DNA of 64,000 nt. Source: Bugula neritina. Taxonomy: Eukaryota; Animalia; Bryozoa. Numbering within the stretch: the first letter of the stretch is position 1; each line of letters opens with the position of its first letter. The stretch spans positions 7,982,889 to 8,046,888 of the forward strand of contig OZ037772.1 of the NCBI GenBank assembly GCA_964035545.1, in the 5' to 3' direction. Below, one piece after another: positions 61,288 to 64,000 of this stretch. The notes under the pieces were generated by a model. That model was not told where the DNA came from. It saw nothing but the letters and a program-made list of their open reading frames with translations, and did not search any database. The position numbers were made by a program, and so were the translations under genes.

Positions 61288-62534
61288 ACCTAGGGCTATT
61301 ACAACAGTAGACCATAGACCTAGGGCTATAGCAAAAGGCAGCATATGACAGCATACTCTCAAACTATTTGTACCCTAATGCAAGTTGTTTACATTGTGTT
61401 GTCTCATGAAACTTATTTGTTGAACTGATAGAAGCAGTGGAGACTTTGCGAAATAAATAAAGTAATGTAAATAATATCATCAGTTTTATTTTATTTCAAG
61501 TAAAGATAGTGTAGTTTGCAAGTATTGGTCATTTGAGATAAAGTGTCTGGAATCAAAAATAGTCTCATTTCATAGACTTGTTAGCCTGTGATCAATATTT
61601 TATTCACAGCTATTCTCAAACTAACGTAAATAATATCTACTTTATTCAAGGGTCAGTCTAGCTTTTGAAGAGCTTCTGATAGCAAAAGAGTTTTTGTTTA
61701 AAAAGCCTATCTGGCTTATTGATGCTATATGCAGCTTTTTAGATTTTCAAAACTTCATAATTTCTTTTGAATGTGTTAAGGTTTCTAATCATCTTCACTT
61801 CAGCTTACTACTAGAAAAGTTGATTTACTCCTGCTGTTACAGGTAAAAGTTTACTTTATACATTATTAAATATAAATTAAAATACTATTCTCTACTGTGA
61901 TTCTTTTTATTTCAAATATTGCAAATGGTTAATCTTGATTGTTTTGCTCTCATTCCGTGTTAGTAAATGAGACTGGTATTTGGCACTTCCAATTTTATAT
62001 TTGAATTCAGTTTGATGTGATTTCATAGATCTATGAATAATAGGTAGAGACAGTAAAGTGTGTTGATTTACAATCAGTTTTGTTTATTTAGAATATCTCA
62101 TTTTGTATTTATAACAGCGAAAGTCTACGGCATATTGTTAGTACCACATGCGCGTTAGACTTTCCTTCAAGGTTTTGCTTTTTCAATTTTCTTCTTTCTC
62201 TATAATAACCTTTGTATATTGAGACTCGTCTCCCTTGTTTAAACGTGTATATTCCTAAACTGGTAGCTTAATTCAGGTCAAGCAGGAAATTGTTCTAAAA
62301 AACTAAGTCACTAAAACCTGAGAAAAATTTGTCACATCTACAAAGTATTTAACATTTGTAAAATACTTGTGTAGTAGAGTTTGAAAATTAAGAAATTTTG
62401 CGAAGCTTAATGCCCTGTTGTGACAAATAATATGTTTAGAATTTTCGATAAACTGCGACTGTTGTATTTTCTAAATTCAAAAATCTAATATATTATTGTG
62501 TAATAAAACTGTAGAATTTAAGTGGAACTTCAAG

Positions 62535-64000
62535 ATGGATACTTCAACTTCTGGCTCAACTGGTGCAGAAGCTACAGGTCCTCCTGAGCCTCCAGCAACC
62601 GAGAGCGCCTCAATGGAAACCCCAGCAGCTGAGAGCGTCTCAACGGAAACTCCAGCAGTCGAGAGCGCCTCAACAGAAACTTCAGCAGCCGAAACTGTCA
62701 CAGACGAGACTGCTGCAGCTGAGACTGCCTCTTCCCAAGATTCCGAAACCGACAGTTTGGGTTCCACCCTAGGAAGCGGTAGTAGTGATGCCGACACTGC
62801 AATACCAAACCCCAATCAAGCTGACGCATCCAGCATCAGCCCAACAGTCAAGTTTGATGCAACAACTGGACAAGTTGTGGAAAGCGCCCACGCCTCCAGT
62901 CACCTATTTCTTCGATCTATTTCAGACTTGAACAGAATTTTTATCAAATCGGCTTACAAGTATGTTCCGGAAAGTTCCTCTCTAGACGAGAGTAGAATAA
63001 GCTGGTCTAGTTTGAGCCATCAGGGTTTCAATGTCATTTGGCTGGTGATGGATCAGTCCCTCAACACTCGATTACTGTTCTATGTAAATGAGGAGCAAGC
63101 AGCATTGTCTTTAACCAATAAGGATGGAGAATTGCTACTCAATGCCAGGGGTGGATTGCTCTATTTCTTCTATAGGCTGGACATTTATTCTGCTAGTGGA
63201 CAGGTCATAGGGTTTGCAGACGGAAGGACGATGACTAACGCATTGTCTGATGAATTGTTCAACGTGGTGAGGTCTGACAGCAATGATGATCCAAACCCTT
63301 TCACCGTCATTACCATGTGTGACGCAAAAACTGATAAGGCCTTCTGTCAGATTAAAGAAGAATCCGGAACTGCAGAGATAGTTTTTCTTCACCCTTGCAA
63401 CGTCACTCAGAAGCTCATGTTTATGATTTACGGATTGAAGTCTGCGCTGAGTGCTTATAATCTACACTCGGAAGTGATTCACACAGTAAGAGAGCTTCCG
63501 GAAGATTCTACAGGCCCCATGGATGAACTACTCAAGTTCATCACCCAGAAAATCACTATAAAGCCAGCTTTAAGAGAAACAAGGGAGAAAGTCTACTACA
63601 ACCTGGTGGATATGAGACACCAAGTCGTACTAATCTTCGTTTGCAAGATTGCATCACTAAATGAGATAAACTACGACGTGATGAATGGCCATTCCAGAGT
63701 TCTGTTCAAAGTGATAGAGAATTGGACAGAACTGGATGCGTTCAGGGTGTACGACTCAGAGACCAACGAGCTTATTGGCTGGTTTAAAGAAAGCAAGATT
63801 TACGGTACCGAGATTGACAGGCCCATACTATCTACTGTCAGCTATCCTCAAGGCCCAGTCAGATTCCTAGACCCCACAGATGAGTCTAAGGCAGAGCTAC
63901 GACCAGGAGAGACGGACTGTACTCTGGGCATGTCTCCCTCTCTGCCTCCAAACCAGAAAGCACTGGTTCTAGCCTATGTAGCCAGGTATATTCACGCTGT
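62535..64000 (+). CDS. 3'-partial ORF (>=488 aa): acidic S/T/A/E repeat N-terminus + two probable Tubby-C/LURP-one/scramblase-like domains
   Basis: Frame from ATG 62535 (MDTSTSGSTG..) has no stop to the window end, so it is absent from the ORF track. Two beta-rich units each end in a hydrophobic helix: EIVFLHPCNVTQKLMFMIYGL and LGMSPSLPPNQKALVLAYVARY. Confidence 0.7.
   Translation, partial: MDTSTSGSTGAEATGPPEPPATESASMETPAAESVSTETPAVESASTETSAAETVTDETAAAETASSQDSETDSLGSTLGSGSSDADTAIPNPNQADASSISPTVKFDATTGQVVESAHASSHLFLRSISDLNRIFIKSAYKYVPESSSLDESRISWSSLSHQGFNVIWLVMDQSLNTRLLFYVNEEQAALSLTNKDGELLLNARGGLLYFFYRLDIYSASGQVIGFADGRTMTNALSDELFNVVRSDSNDDPNPFTVITMCDAKTDKAFCQIKEESGTAEIVFLHPCNVTQKLMFMIYGLKSALSAYNLHSEVIHTVRELPEDSTGPMDELLKFITQKITIKPALRETREKVYYNLVDMRHQVVLIFVCKIASLNEINYDVMNGHSRVLFKVIENWTELDAFRVYDSETNELIGWFKESKIYGTEIDRPILSTVSYPQGPVRFLDPTDESKAELRPGETDCTLGMSPSLPPNQKALVLAYVARYIHA

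Noticed and set aside
62477-63392. Listed ORFs 62477-62815(-), 62563-62772(+), 63135-63392(-)
   Set aside because: Shadows or alternative frames of the long open frame starting at 62535.

Overview
AT-rich, intron-containing metazoan (probably invertebrate) genomic DNA, not prokaryotic; no CRISPR or rRNA. Manual splicing of the short ORFs reveals a same-strand (+) tandem cluster of 5-6 paralogous genes (A 10082-16090, B 19114-25381, C 26494-30862, D 31432-38386, E 46690-52565, F 53630-61287; probably also the terminal exon at 1-743). They are built from 11 copies of one helical domain, each with the same intron phases (2,1,0,0) and near-identical exon sizes. The domain has BH4-, BH3- (VLRQYGDRI, IGKALIDYGDAI), BH1- (xDR[IVLT] in place of NWGR) and BH2-like (KGW|intron) features, so I infer highly divergent Bcl-2-fold proteins. 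Most carry two such domains per chain, with repeat-rich disordered tails and no C-terminal membrane anchor. Interspersed genes are a secreted PAN + F-type lectin (minus strand, with a 5'-truncated CR1-group LINE and its (CA)n tail in intron 3), a type-I membrane NHL-propeller/mucin-stalk protein, and an open-ended ORF at 62535 with two Tubby/scramblase-like repeats. There are also two tRNA-derived repeat families, several MITEs and many simple repeats. All gene models are hand-derived from sequence and lack transcript support.
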